NCBI GenBank assembly: GCA_951406725.2
Contig: OX597816.1
Coordinates: 91,264,001-91,328,000, forward strand
Direction of reading: 5' to 3'
Origin: Octopus vulgaris
Taxonomy: Eukaryota
Length of the DNA: 64,000 bases
Below are positions 1 to 14,604 of this stretch, one piece after another. Position numbers and translations under genes: made by a program. The notes under the pieces are model-generated. The model worked only from the letters and a program-made list of their open reading frames with translations, made no database searches and was not told the origin of the DNA. Positions within the stretch are counted from its first letter, which is position 1, and every line of letters begins with the position of its first letter.

Positions 1-1691
1 TCTGAACTTTGACTCTAGAAGAGTGGAGCCAGTTTTTGAGACTCGGTTCTAATTATGTTAACGTCTTTAGTATGCAGATTATTCTGTCAAATGTAATGAT
101 TATTTCATCATGTCACAGCTTCGAGATTTCGATGTTGTGTTTGCTTATTTCTAAAACGACATTGTTGAATAAGTGTGAGGTTTGTACATAAAAAGGGTAA
201 ATATTTGGGCCTGGTATGGCCAGTTGAAATGGTATTTCCTCGGTAGTAGTGTGACCTTTAAAACGATCACGCTGGTTCTAACTGCGTGCTGCTCATGCTT
301 AAGGGGGTTAGGTGCAATAATGTTGTCTCAATATGGGTAATATTTGTATTTTTTGGGTGGGTGAGACGTTGTTGAAAGAGACAAGATTACCATGCCTCTT
401 TTGGAGAATGCCTTGAAGGCCTCTGTTACTGGAATCAATGCAAGTTTGGTGCGTGGTTTCTGTGTTGCATATTGATGACACAAAGATAGAAAAAGATAGA
501 AAATAATAAAGGTTAATAGAGTGAAGTTTGACATGCAGACTGGGGAGAAGCTCGAAAAACATATATATTTGTATGTGTACGTCTGTGCGTTCATAGGTCC
601 ACGTGGGTGTGCTTATGTGTGTGAGTGTATATTTATATAAGTTAGGGGTGAACTAAACCGGCACACCAGACAAATATATTTTGCGTTATTTATATTCGAT
701 GTTGCCTAACGAAATCGATGTCTAAGTCGATAAAAATCAAATAAAAAATTTAAAGGCAATGCTACAATCTGGCTCCCCCAAAAAAGGACGCAGGCCATTA
801 TTAGTCTTTCAATTCTAGTGCCTATTTATATTTACTTGTCCAAAAACAAAAACAAAAACAAAAACGAAAAACAACTACTTAGAATAAACAACTTCATTTA
901 GTAGCTGTTTTATAGATAGCTACAGACCAAGTTCTAGGTTAATGGTTATTCTATACTTAGCATGCACCATGTCAACAGCAACAACAACAGTATCTCCAAC
1001 TTCCATGAATGGGACCTCATCCAAGAAAATATTCCAAGAAATATTTCGTTCTTACAATTACAGTTCTATTTCTTTTCAGTGAAGGATAAAACTACATATG
1101 GACAGTAAATATGTAGTTCAAAATGTGTATAGTGTTGTGTAAATACAGAAAGTGAAATTAGAAGAGAATAAGCGTAAGCTCTTTTACTCCTTTTTAGGTT
1201 CATTTTATATATCGGCAAAACACTATTTGAAAATAATATTTTGTTCTCAAAAATTGTTACTATATACTATATATTATATAAGCACAACTAACGAGAAATC
1301 CTTCAGAAAGAGGTTGACAGTGATTGATGCCATAGGAAGAAAATATTTACAAACTAAGACACCAAACATATGTGAAATTAATTTTTGTTTCTGTTTTATT
1401 GCTGCAACGATTAAGCTACATATCGGTGAAACATCATGGAAATAAACAACTGCAAGCCTATGGAAAACACTAAAGTATATATATAACAAGTAATGAAAAA
1501 GAATATTGATTGACAATTCTTCAAAAGAAAACAAATGTGTAGAGTTATAACATTTGTGCGAACGACCATAGAATTTCTGTAGCATCTATGAACATCAGAC
1601 ATCTTATTGCTTGGATGGTTCAATACTGTACACAAATACGAACGCCGAGAGCTTTTCAATAAACACTAACATTATTGTAAAGGATATATAA

Positions 1692-1901
1692 AACGGTGAG
1701 CTGGCAGAATCGTTAGCATGCCGGACAAAATGTTTAGCGGCATTTCGTCCGTCTTTATGCTCTGGATTCAAACACCGCCGGTGTCGACTTTACCTTTCAC
1801 CCTTCGGAAATCGATAGAATAAGTACCGTTGAGCACTGGGTCGATGTAATTGACTTAGCTCCTGACCCGAAATTACTGGCCTTGTGCCAAAATTTGAAAC
1901 C
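1692..1901 (+). mobile_element. tRNA-derived SINE, family B (decayed copy)
   Basis: Head ggtgagctggcagaatcgttagca with a box-B-like ggattcaaac and central gtcgactttacctttcacccttcgg...gatagaataagtacc. Homologous to copies at 31718, 35372-36200, 37146, 46385, 48185 and 52250. Confidence 0.8.
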
Positions 1902-2679
1902 CTCATTACATGCGTAATATAGAAACACTTTTCAAATACATATGTCACCTGCATTAACGACAGCCATCACACATCTAAGAAGATTTCTTTAAAATCGAAA
2001 AGTGAAAGGTAACTAACGAAATACCGTATACACAAAAGTGGCAATGACGTTGTTTGAAAAGCTTTTGTTGATTTATGTTTTTGAAGATTTATGATGAAAA
2101 GCGTTCTGGTTTTGAATGTCCATTATCTTAATTTATCTACTACTGTGGGTTTCATTATACCGTTTCACTAAGTCCTACTAGATGAGTAATAGTCGTAATA
2201 TAGAATTTCAGCTTCTATTGAATATTATTGGTTGGATGAACAACCATAGTGGTAAGCACTTCGATATGTTACCATACGGTTCAGGATTCGATCCCACTAT
2301 ACGGTACTAGTCTCGGCATCACCAATGCCTTGTGAATGGTAATTTAATTGACGGGAACTATACCCACACAAATCGTATACATACATACACTCACACACAT
2401 ACACAGTCACTATCCTATTATAAATTTGAGCGATGTTTCTCTATTCGTTACGTTAACTCCTCTAAGAACAATAGTGCAAGGACCACGAAACTCAAACCAG
2501 CAACTCCTCTAATCCCATGGAATATCTTAAGGGGTCTATTTTTTTACAGGCCGTTTAAATGGAGCCCCACTGACCACACTGTTTTTACTGCATTCACCTC
2601 ACTCTTACGCTTATTGATTAAACTGTGATCAATATCAGTTCTTAGCATATTTTCAGAAATAAGTGTGGGCATTACATTA

Positions 2680-2788
2680 CACAAGGGTAGAAAGCCGCGA
2701 AGCGGCCCGATAGTGGGGCAGAAGGCCTCAAAGGTGCCCTCCGCAGGAGCCAGTCCGAATGCCGCCCAAAGGGCGCTTTCAAAGTTAG

Positions 2789-2789
<1 letters not shown>
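2680..2789 (+). mobile_element. Degenerate Helitron 3' end
   Basis: GC-rich island ending in hairpin gcgccc-like gccgcccaaagggcgct followed about 10 nt later by TTAG|T (CTAG-like), abutting (TA)n. Confidence 0.45.
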
Positions 2790-2834
<45 letters not shown>

Positions 2835-3010
2835 GTGGGGGAGAATTCACAAAAAAAACAAAAGACGAAGACAGGTGCTGTAGACAACAAACAGATGTAT
2901 TAGTCTAACGCTCGGGAAGTGAAAAAGTCTTTAACGTTTCGAGCCTACGCTCTTCCACAGAAAGGAACACAGAAAGAAACAAGGAGAGAAAACAAAGAAT
3001 GTGCAATGCC
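2835..3010 (-). mobile_element. Probable Penelope-like terminal repeat fragment with variant hammerhead motif
   Basis: Minus strand reads cttt-CTGTGGA-a-gagc-gtag-gctc-GAAA-cg-T-T-aaag. Sits next to (TA)n. Confidence 0.4.
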
Positions 3011-3213
3011 GGACAGAGGGGTCACACAGGAGAGCTAGGAATAAGGGGAGATAATTAAGTAGTGGTGGTCCCAAAACGAAGGTGCACATGCGTGTGTATA
3101 AGAGAGTATGTATGTGTCGAACAAATCGCTCCCAGTACATAATTTTTTAAAATCCTAGCACTTATTCTATGGGTCTCTTTCGCCGAACTACCAAGTTACA
3201 GGGAGGTGAACAC

Positions 3214-3273
<60 letters not shown>

Positions 3274-3411
3274 CCGGTTGTTAGGAACAAGTACACACAC
3301 ACATACAAATAATAACGACACACATGTGTGTGTATTCATACATGTGTAGATAATCGACATATATACATGCCTACCTATCTCTCCTTCTCTCTCCCCCTCT
3401 CTCTCTCTCTA

Positions 3412-3474
<63 letters not shown>

Positions 3475-3588
3475 CCATAACAGCATATATATATATATCC
3501 ATGTGTATGTGTTAGTGTGTGTGCGTGTTTCCATGCACACATGTGTACTTATATCTATCAATTAATCTATGTAATCGTCTTCTCCTTT

Positions 3589-3672
<84 letters not shown>

Positions 3673-3694
3673 ATGAACTCGCCACGACTATATA

Positions 3695-3971
3695 CAGGTG
3701 TATAAGCCGCTGAATGTCGTGTACAGGATATGAATCAGGTTAAAAAAAATCAATCCCCTCGTGATTATAATGTCACCCGTGACTCAATAGCAATGTCCAG
3801 GAATGACCAATAAGTTAATGGTGGCAAATTTTTTAACATACCTTTGTTAGTGGATATCGATTACACTTTGATATTTGTCGTTAATTCCTCTACGGACAGA
3901 ACAGAAGCGGAAAAAAAATAGAATCGATTTTCACCTGACTCATATCCTGAATACCTCATTTCTTATCCTTG
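3695..3971. mobile_element. Tc1/mariner-type MITE (old)
   Basis: TA-flanked. Imperfect inverted ends include caggatatgaatcaggt / acctgactcatatcctg. Confidence 0.55.
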
Positions 3972-4711
3972 TATAATTGTATATACATTATGCTTTAGTC
4001 AGATTCAAGGGATGACATTATACATAGGCTTACCTTTTTACGTATTTAGACATACACACACACATACACACAGACAAACACATAGATATACACGTACACA
4101 TAGTCTCCTAAGGTTAAATATATACAAATGTACAAGGACGTCGTAAGTCATACATGTATTTATAGAGTATGTGTATGCGTCTGCGCGTCTGCATGTATGT
4201 GTGTATGTATTTAAGTATGTGTATGTGTATGTGTGTGTGTGTTTGTGTGTGTACACAAAGTATTATCTATATGTATACATAAATATGCATATTTGTCATA
4301 TTTGTGTGTGTGAATATGTTAACCCTTTAAATCCGGTGTTAATGAATACATACGAATGCTGAATCACGTAAGCAACCGGAATGCAGAAAAAAATGACTTA
4401 AGATACCCACCACGAATATTCTAGGAAATTTAAACACCAATGCTCAGTCGAACCATTCCCAGAAAATATTGTGTGAAATGTGGGAGCCGCGTATCTAATC
4501 TCGCTACTTGTAAAAAGTAATCTTGCCCATTGAGGGATAATCGTCACAAAGCAGCCGATATTAAAATTACTACATCGCCTGATTACTGAAAATGCATTGA
4601 TTTTATTGCCGAAACAGAACTTCAGGACCATTTATCTTCAAAACGAACATTGAAAAGTTTACAATGATTACACTGTGTAACAAATTTTTATTCATTCATT
4701 TATTCATTCAT

Positions 4712-4750
<39 letters not shown>

Positions 4751-5364
4751 TTTGTCTTTGGTCAGTAAGTGTTATTCATTGCTACTATTTTGAAATCAAA
4801 GGAAATAACTACTATTCTCTTCAGACTTTGCTTTTATGACCTGGACATCAATGGTTTGAAACTGACCTATTTTCCATCACATTTCAGTCAGATTCAGCGC
4901 TGAATTGCTGAAGCAGACATACCGTTATAGCAAATATTCTGCTCAATACCACAGATTTGCTTGTCCGTTGCTAGACCTTAACCATTTGAGCATGTCCCTT
5001 AGTGGCTTACAATATGTGCATTTCTGATCATGAGCGGGAGTAGTAGAGGAGCATCATAGCCATGTGTTGGGTGGGACTCTTTGCGGTTTGAATAAATGTA
5101 ACAAAAGCAGTTTTGAAGGAAATAGCCATTTTTCATATTTTCTAGGGGTAAGCAAATGGGAAATAACAGTTGCTACCCAAGGACAAAAACCGTGTTACTC
5201 AGTGCAATCGTCAGAAATCAGGCGATGCTAAAATGATCACATCACCTAATTTCTGGGGGTGTATTAATTTTATTGCCGAAAGAGGCTTTCAAGTCCATTC
5301 AGCCTCAAAATTAAAATTCAAGAAAAGTTTACAATGCGCATTCACATTACTGCTTTTGAACTGT

Positions 5365-5590
5365 TTCTTTTTTACTTGTTTCAGTCATTGGACTGCAGTC
5401 ATGGTGGGGGCATCGCCTTGAAGGGTTTAACCGAATAAGTTTACCCCGGTGATTATTTGTTTTTATTTTTAAGCCTGACACTTATGTTATCGGTTTTTGT
5501 TTTTATCGAACCGCCAAGTTACGTGAACGTAAACAAATCAAAGCCTGTTTTCAAGCGATTGGGTGGGGATAAACACAAGAAAAAAGGTAA
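5365..5590 (-). mobile_element. SINE family A, 3' half (decayed)
   Basis: Reverse complement of the ...cagtc-aatgactgaaacaagtaaaa tail and the aacttagcggttcg segment seen in the intact copy at 50869. Confidence 0.7.
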
Positions 5591-5693
5591 AGACATACAC
5601 ACATAGATGCATAGACACACGCACGCGTGCTAATACATGTATGCATATGTCAAAACACGACCGCAGCTGGATAACTGAAGCAATATATATAAA

Positions 5694-5761
<68 letters not shown>

Positions 5762-6090
5762 CGTGGGGACGTGGCTGTGTGGTAAAGAAGCTATATATAT
5801 ATATTGTTTATAAATATCATTTAATGTACGCAGTATCAAGATAAGAGCTACTAATAGTTTTTTTGCTGTAAAGATACTTGGTTAGACAGGTCTTAAAAAA
5901 CGTTATAAATACCTGTCTAGTCGCGTGTCTTCACAGCAAGCAACTATTAGTAGCTCTTATCTTTATACTGTGCGTATGTGTATATATATTTACATGTATG
6001 TATGTATGTATGTGTGTGTTTATGTATTATGTATCTATACATATATGTATGCATGATATATATATATACATACATACATACATACATACA

Positions 6091-6122
<32 letters not shown>

Positions 6123-6619
6123 CATGTATATATGTGTGCGACTGTATGTATGAGTGTGCATGCGTGTGCACACATCATCAGTTTTGATTAAGGCCAATTC
6201 TCTCATTGGCATTAGGCAATATGTCTGAAGGGAAAATTGTTGAGTTGATTGAGTTGATAGGATTTAAATTAGGATAGAAGTGTGAGATCCAGCACGTTGT
6301 CGCTTCTAGCACTCCTTAAACATGAACAAGACAAAATGCTGCAACATGAGCATTCCTTTTACATGTATTATATTAAAGAAGTTAAACCACTTCCGCGGAT
6401 ACAGTTTCCGAAGTTTCCGTTATAACGACACACTTCAAAAAGTAATGGAAAAAGACCTGGTAGATTTCTTTGATGGTTTAGCGTACATGTGTGAATATGG
6501 GTCTTATAATCCGTTGAGACTTTTCTTGAAGACCTAGCAATTTAGAGTAAGCTCACCTCTCAAAAAGCCATATTAATAAAAGAAATTTTACTCAGTACTT
6601 ATCTTTGCGGCATATATAT

Positions 6620-6860
6620 TAGGTGAATCGAACCATTGCAAATTCAACTGATTTGACCGGAAACTAACTACTGTGCCCTTTCCTTTCTAGCAAGAATGTC
6701 AACCCTCTGGAATTCCTTTCCTGCTCATAGCTTTACTGCAGTTGTTGATTCGGAACATTTTAAGCGGAACATTAGCAATATCACTCCGGGTGGTCTCGGA
6801 AGGTCTGCGAAGGCCTTGAATAATGCCACTTTGTCCTGATCTAGCATTTAATAAAGAAGT
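6620..6860 (+). mobile_element. L2/CR1-like LINE 3' remnant
   Basis: Translates as SFLARMSTLWNSFPAHSF...FKRNI, matching the SF..R...LWNxLP...FK C-terminal motif of L2/CR1 ORF2. Confidence 0.55.
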
Positions 6861-7649
6861 TTGTTACCTAATTCCAGTTTCTGGAAAGGCAAAGCACCAG
6901 TCGAATAGTACTCTAGTATATTGCAGGTAACTCATCCCAAAATTATGGTACCCATTTCTGATAGCTAACTGCAATCATGTAGAATATAGTGTCCTACTCA
7001 GAAACACAACAACACAACCATAACGGAATTACTTTCATGAACAGTGAACAAGTCGTCTAAATTTAAAAATACTGCATCCTAGCAGGGTTTGAGGCTAAGA
7101 TGTTTCACCAAAACTAGAAATTCATATGTACTGAATAAGATATTCTCTCAGTTCTCCTACGATCTTGTTCCTGTTGCATTTTTTCGTTTCAGAAACTAAT
7201 TCGTTATGGTTCTTCTACTGACATCGATTTAATATTTCTCTTTAGAGATACCACGTTTATTATAGGTTTTGTTAGATTTTTTTAATGATAACAATACCAT
7301 ATCAAAACAGTGCCTCAGTATGATAACAGCTTCTGAATAATAGAATATACCATCCAAATAACCTTCCATGCCAAGAGGGTTTATTAGACCTCTGCCCAGA
7401 TGTCTCACTCTGTTGACTAAGTAGTTTACAAATTTGAAGTTTGAATTACCGACAATATGAAACTGAGGCTAACCTAAACAGTTTCTAAATACGATCTAAC
7501 CAATTCACCTCTTTTTAACAATGTTATAGCAAGTAGTCCGTTCGAGTGGACTAGTTATTTGTTATACAATTTGAAATAAAATTATTTTGGAAAGATGTTT
7601 ACATTGGTCTCTAGATGCATACACACTAACATGCATCTAGCATATCCTT

Positions 7650-8460
7650 CTTTTTCTCACTGACACCGAGAGTGAGATGTTCCCAGACTAGTCTTCCGAA
7701 AACGTCGGACTGCCCCAGGCCTGCAGAAGTATAGTCACCCACTAATTTCTGATCACCTTCCTTTGTTTTCCCTTTCCCCTGATGTTCAAGATGGCCAATA
7801 GTCCTTCCAAGTTCAGTAAATATTTGCATTTTCTAATGTCTAGATTTTTTTTTTTTTTATTTTCCACACCAACATTTCTATCTCACTCAGACCAGTTTGA
7901 CCAAAGAACAAATGTCTGCTATTCGGAAACTCCATTCTTTCTGGTGGCAATCATACCCATTCTAAACGATCTGAACTAGTTTATCAAGCGTCTTTGCATT
8001 CAAAGATAATCAGGCCATACAAATTCACGCATACTATATGCAATATTCTTGTGAATGAACGTGTGAGGGAAGTCATTTTATATTAGAATAGAATTATTTA
8101 CCAGTCCTTGAATGTAAAGATTCCCACGTGGGAAACGTTTTCCTAAAATTTTATAGACTTCTGGTGTTGTCTTTCACCGGAAGTGTATAGTTAAACATCC
8201 TTTGGAGGAGTGCTTCAGTTTTCCTCGAATCATGATTTAATTTTTTGTAGTTTTTTCTTTAAAATTTGTAACGTACTCAGTCAACTCATTCATGTTTAAA
8301 AGTGAGGTTAAAAAGTATCCGTTGTTATTAATTCTGTGGTTGTTGTAGTTGTGAGAATACACGTCAGTTCCTCGTCAGTTTTCACTTTTGCTTTTGGTCA
8401 ATTAAGAATTAGGATGTTGACCACCCCAATTCAACGTCAGCATATTTGAGTCGTCGTCAT
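7650..8460 (-). mobile_element. RTE-like LINE remnant (heavily decayed)
   Basis: Minus-strand fragments GRTIGHLEHQGKGKTKEG and EFPNSRHL (EMW.YRR-like) resemble the RTE ORF C-terminus. Many frameshifts. Confidence 0.4.
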
Positions 8461-8773
8461 TGTTGCCTTGCCATGATCGTCCTAATGACAAAGATTTCTA
8501 AAATAAGCATTAAGTGGGGAACAGATAGTAATTATAACAACTCTACTGCCTGACTGGTACTTATTTTATTGAACTCAGTAGGACTTGAACTCAGAACGAC
8601 ATAAGACAAAACGAAAAAAAAAATTATATATACCTTCCACTCTACTAAATCTACCAATCGTTATCGATCTCAATATTCCACTGATACCTGGTTTACCAAC
8701 CAAGACGCATTAGAAATGCCAGTCCGCCGCCTTTACTTAGCTTAAAATATTAACGTCCAATATTGTTGTTCAT

Positions 8774-8945
8774 TAGTGGTTCCAAACCAATTTTTGGCCA
8801 TGCCTCACCGAATTGCCCCCTTTCTCTATTGATATACTAAACATTGTGTACAAAAGGTATACATTCCTCATAACCCTACGTATGCCTCACCAAAATATTA
8901 CCATGCTCCACCGGTGGGGGCATACGCTCCAATTGGGAATCACTG
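8774..8945. mobile_element. hAT MITE
   Basis: TIRs tagtggttccaa / ttgggaatcactg, with 8-bp TSD ttgttcat / ttgtttat. Its end sequence is shared with the MITE at 57573. Confidence 0.75.
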
Positions 8946-9880
8946 TTGTTTATGGTCAAAATCAACGTGGTTGGTGTCCAGTTAATACTACTAGTCAAAT
9001 ATAGCTTGTCTATTAGTGGAAATTTTAAGAACGAGGTAATATTTTCTAGAAACATTCCATTAAGAATACATTTCACTTGTTTATATTCTACACTTTCCTA
9101 GTTCATAATCCACCTTTTTATCGTGGCTGTTGCTAGGGCCACCTGGCAGCTAGATACAGACGGTTTGATTTGCTGTGAGGTCACAATACACGAGCCGTCG
9201 GAATCTGCTCTGTTGTTGTGCGAGGTGTCGGCATGTATGTATTCTCTAGGAATATATTTATTTACTGTTTTGAGATGCTTTCATTTCTTGAAGATGAAAC
9301 TACAGTGACTAATTTTCCATCTAGATATAACAAATGCTGCCTACTTGCATAATTGTTTTGTCTTGAAGTAATTTTCTTCTGGGTGAATTTAGTCCCAGTA
9401 TGTATGTATGTATGTATGCATGTATGTATGTATGTATGTATGTATGTATGTATGTATGTATGTATGTATGTATGTATGTATGTATGTATGTATGTATGTA
9501 TGTATGTATGTATAGATGGCTGGCTGGCTGGATGGATGGATGGAAGGAACAGATTTAACTTCACTGCTGTCACGTACGTATAAGGGAGTCTTACACATCT
9601 AGGAGATAAGTCGTTTTCTCTCCTCGTAATTATACACATATACTCATGCATACACAGGTAGAGATAGGCAGCTAAGGTCAGTGACTGAGAGAGGGAGAGA
9701 GAGAGACAGGGGGAGATAAGAGAGAGAGAAGAAGAGTGTGTGCGTGAGTGCGCGCACGCGTGTGTGTGCGCGCATGTGTGTAAGAAAGATACTCTAACTA
9801 CCCACACAAACATTCAAAATTCTCACATACACTCGCATATTATACATGCAGAACTGTGTGGATTTGTTTACATATACATA

Positions 9881-9965
<85 letters not shown>

Positions 9966-11199
9966 GTCTGTGTGTATATATATATATATATATTCGTCAA
10001 AAGTTCATTTATGTTCGATAAGAGAGTAAACTTTGTGCAAACACGAACATTTAGAGAAAGCAATAAATGTGACTGCTTGCGTTACCATGGAGAAAGGAAA
10101 TTTCACCTGTGATGGTCTCAGGAAGAGTCAGCAGTACGTCTATTTAATTTGTGAAAATATCACAGCATAACTTGTCTTCTAAACAAGAATTCCCAGGAGG
10201 TGAGGTAGATGCCAAATTTCGTATGTACACACGATTCTACTAACATTGAGGATTCGGTACCTTTGAAGAAAAATTGTGTTGATTTGTAGTACTGGCAAAA
10301 CAGCTATGTTTATCTTTCAACAATCTAAAACCAGATCCTTGAGATTTTACTGGAGTTTCTCTGATGTCTTATTAACCACTGACCGCTCAAATTAAACTTG
10401 TTTTCTTTCTGATGTATTTCCTTTTCTTTTTTGTTTATTTTATCTATGTATTTGGTTTTAGTTTATCTATCTTTCTTGGTCTTTTTTCAGTTAGTTATTC
10501 GTAGAGTTATTGCTGACGGATTTTTTTGTTATATATACACATCTCGTTCATTTTGCATTTTTATTATTTGGTTTTTCACCGTTTTAAAAGTAATTTCCTA
10601 GTTTATTAGTTTATTCTTTTGTTTGTTTCCACAATTTGGTAGTAGCCATGCTGGAGCACTACCATGGTAACAATTCAGTATAACTATTTGGTAATCAAAC
10701 AACAACCGCTCCTGTGTCCAGTAACCCATTATAATAATAACCATTTCAAAGATAGTCACAATGACACCACTTGGGCGAGGACTAAATGCCTTGCAACTAA
10801 ATATTGTAAGACATTTTGTTCCACCGGTTCTGTCAGTCCAATGATTAGTTTTCACTAGACACGCGGTTACTTTGTTTAAAGGAGAGATACAGTCTTATCA
10901 TCTTTTCACGAAGCGCAAAGTGGCACGAGCTAGTATTTAACTAGATTGTTATTTGGATGAAACTATTTCTTTCAGATAAATAAACTGAAGTATTGTACCA
11001 ACAAAGCCTTAACAGTGGATTTGAACATACAATACCTGAGCTTATTCTTTCAGCAATTTTGTCTCATTAAAGGTAGTGGGTTAGTAACCATAATCATTAC
11101 TACATGCCTTGACAACCCTGCATCTCACAAACCTCAGACTCATTTGACTCCAGCTGACAGCACCTGGAACAAGCTCTCATCCAAGATTACAGATTCCTC

Positions 11200-11400
11200 C
11201 TCGACTACCGAAATTCCAGTATAGCCGGTTTCGGACCATGTTAAAAAAGGAGGAGGAGATTGGCGCACGAGACAACCTTACCTGCAATACTCAAATTAGT
11301 ACAGAAATGACGAGCGGTTATAATCATTCATTAGCAAGGCAGCGAGGAACTGGCACGTCTGTTGATGCAGTTGTGGAACCTATGAACGTCCGTACACTAT
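11200..11400 (+). mobile_element. Possible RTE LINE 5' end remnant
   Basis: ggaaccta-tg-aacgtccgtacacta approximates GTWNVRTL, the APE endonuclease start, with a frameshift. Confidence 0.3.
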
Positions 11401-12119
11401 TCTAATATATTACTTATCTATGTAGATATAACTAGTAATAATCAACATAGAGGGATTTGAATTCTAAATAATACTACACTATACGTGTAATATCAAAGTA
11501 ATTAGTCCAGGGTGCTATTTTGTCATTCTTTTCTTTACTCCGTTTAAAGAAAAGTGCCCCCAGAAAAGCATTCTAAATATATATACGGCAATATCTCACA
11601 AGAAGAATGAGTGTCAGGGAAGGATAGTGACTTTAATAGAGGTCCTGCTCATCTGCTTCTGGTTCCCAGCCCTTTCCTGGGGCTCCAAGAACTGTCTGCT
11701 TGCTACACTGTATCGCCTTCTGGATAACCGCATCGATAGGCTAAATCTGACTGAGAGTAGTCGACGAAGTTTAATCTCACAGTGAAATACTTCAAGGGTT
11801 TCTCCCCTAACGCATGTGAAGAAAGGATTTCCAGTGGCCTGCGTGGAGGAAACTCAATCATTGGTAGCTAAGTTTCAACGAACAGAACATCGCTGTGGAA
11901 TGCGTATCTCAGAGCCTAATGAAACACATAGATCGCTATAGTTCTACCACCGTATCTCCATTATGCTCCCAATCCTGTTGGACTGCCTTGCTACTGACCA
12001 GGAAGTTGAGGAGAAGAAAGTGAACGCGATCGTCTAAGTTCAGTGCAAGTCAAGGTTTGAAGAACGTTTTCAGTAAGCAATAACCAAGGGAGATAACTTT
12101 AATACCATTAACGTTAAGT

Positions 12120-12490
12120 TTTTTGGAAATTGCTTCCCAACAACATAGCTCTGGGTTTAATCCTGCGGCGTAGCATCTTGAGCAAACGTCTTCTACTATA
12201 GCTTCGAGCCGACCAAAGCTTTATGAGTGGATTTGGTAGACGGAAAGTGAAAGGCCGTCGTATATGTGTGTGCGTGTGTCTTTGTGTCTGTGTTTGTTCC
12301 CCATCAACCCATGACAGCGTGTTTTTGTGTGTTTACGTTGCCTTAACTTAGCGGTTCAGCAAAAGAGACCTATAGAATAAATAATAGGCTTTAAAGGAGA
12401 AGGGAAAGTATTGGGGTTGATTCGGTCGACTAAAATCTTTCAAAGAGGTGCTCTAATATGGTTACTGAAACAAATAAAAAGTAAAAAGAT
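12120..12490 (+). mobile_element. SINE family A (older copy)
   Basis: Collinear with the copy at 50869: ttgagcaaacgtcttctactatagc...gtggatttggtagacggaaa...aacttagcggttcagcaaaagagac...actgaaacaaataaaa. Confidence 0.8.
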
Positions 12491-13089
12491 AAGCTGTTTA
12501 CTAATTCTTGTCGGTTACTAAGACAATCTATAGTTTCCCCCAACAGATTCATATAAAGTATTTATTAGTATTTGATGATATATTTACCTCCATACACAAA
12601 ACCTCTCTCTAGGATGCTTAAAATCTAAAAAGACTATAAGCGAAAGAGATAATCATAACCCTTTTACTGCCGAAATCAAATATATCCACTCCAAATTCCA
12701 TTAATCTTAGCAGCGGAAACTGTTTAATATACAAAGCTATTTTCTTTTGAGGAGTGTCATGTTTGAAACTTATTTTTTGTTGAAATATATTAATTTTATT
12801 GAGGCAACGTGACTTGGAGAAAATATCAATTCTATTTTATTTATTTATTTTTTTTGCGTAGATATTTATCATTTTTGGAATAACAATGAAATTTAATTTC
12901 GCAGTTTAAAGGTTAATAGCACCAATTAAATTTAATGGGAAAGTATGTAGCTGTACTTGTTTCTTTCCGTTACTAAACAATTTATAGCTTTCACTAATAG
13001 ATACATACAAACTTTTATTAATGCGTGATGTTATGATCGCCGCTATGAGCACTACATCATTTTCACAATGTGGAGAATATACCCTCAGC

Positions 13090-13470
13090 ATTACTCAAAC
13101 GACCTTAGCATCAGATTCAGAATTCATCCAAGGCTAGAGTCACGAACAATACGCCCCCTGCACAATTCAGGCTAGCGACACATAAATTCACTGCAACACA
13201 TTTTCTTTTCCTCAACAGGCCTTACTGTGCTTAACATTATTCAAAAACAAATCAATGAAGAAAAAGATCCCATCACCCACAAACGAAACCTGAACAAATT
13301 TCTTCAAGAGCTACCAGATAAACCACCGATATCGGGATACATGAATGAGCCTTGATACCACAAAACTTGTCTTTAAAATGACTTAACAGATCCTATCAGG
13401 TGGTGTTGTTAAGTTAGACGTGACCTGGATCACTCTTTGGTCGAAACATATCTAAGTTATCTAAGTTACT
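13090..13470 (+). mobile_element. CR1-group LINE 3' remnant
   Basis: Translates as TGLTVLNII...KRNLNKFLQELPDKPPISGY (LDKFL..xPD.P..PGY motif), followed by a short tandem tail tctaagtta. Confidence 0.55.
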
Positions 13471-14086
13471 ACAATAGACAAGTAGTTGACCTATAAATAG
13501 TCAGCTTATTGAATCGATGGGGAAAATGGGAATTGTGGGGTTTCATTATTTTCTAGGGAAGTTTGATAGATTAGAAGGAATAACTATTATAATGGATCAA
13601 CTTTGGGTTACAAAATCTATTGATCGGTAAAAAAACAGTCTTCAAAACTCAGTTCTTACTTGCAGTTCTCACCTCTATCCCAAGATCAATTCTGGTGGAA
13701 TAGACTTATGATCAAAGATATCCCAATTATAGCTGTTTTGTCTGGGGTTTTGTTTTTCAAACATGGTATATCTAGGAGTACAGTGCTCAGTGTATCCTTC
13801 TTTTCTCTTAACACGGTACTCTGCGATTTCAAAGTTATTTAGCTGCTATTGTAGCAAGCAGAGTAATGAGAGGAAAATTCTCTCTTCTCGGCATTTGTTA
13901 GTTCTTTTCACCAGTTCTTATCGTGTTGTCATAGTTCAACTACAAGTTAACACTGATTGAACAGACCTATTACCAAAAATATTCCATCTTTTGCCTGTAG
14001 TTCCGCCATTTCTTTAGGAACGTAACGTGTGGTTTGAAACTTTTGCTGCAATTTCTGGCATTTTGAGTGACCACGTAGAAATTCAC

Positions 14087-14422
14087 TCTCACAGCATCAT
14101 AAGCGGAAAGTGTAACCTCTCGAAAGAGCTGTTCTTCACTCCTGCTCCAGAGAGTCGGCTGCGGGGTCACTCCAAAAAGCTCTATCTGCGACGATTTCAT
14201 CTCAATCGAAGGAGAGGGGCTTTCTCCGTTCGGGTTGCGGATCCGTGGAATAAGCTGCCGGACGAGAAAATGAAGATGCCGACGACCGCTCGGTTCAAAG
14301 TCTCTCTTGACCAGAAATGGCCTGAACTCTTTGCATGAACACCACCCTGTATATAACTCCATGTCCCCCTACATGGCCTTGCTTTTTGCTTTTTGAGCCA
14401 AAAAATTAACTTAACTTAACTT
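14087..14422 (+). mobile_element. CR1 LINE, 5'-truncated young copy
   Basis: ORF tail LRGHSKKL...RRGAFSVRVADPWNKLP...FKVSLDQKW and (ttaac)n tail. Near-identical to 17100-17445. Confidence 0.9.
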
Positions 14423-14604
14423 CTCAAGTTAATAAATGTCAATTAGCTCATAACAAACGATCTAATCAGACTGGGGCAATAATGAGGAAATTGTTTTTCG
14501 TACTTAACATTTTACCTTATTTATCTAAAACAGTCAATGTGAGTACGGAGACATGTGCATGTGGTTTTATGTGTATGTTTGTATGTATGTATATATATAT
14601 AATA

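Noticed and set aside
60-480. Possible Gypsy integrase remnant on the minus strand (CHQYATQKP..LIPV..AFSKRGMVIL)
   Set aside because: The resemblance to the zinc-finger/core junction is suggestive, but the catalytic residues are not recoverable. It needs a tBLASTn or HMM search.
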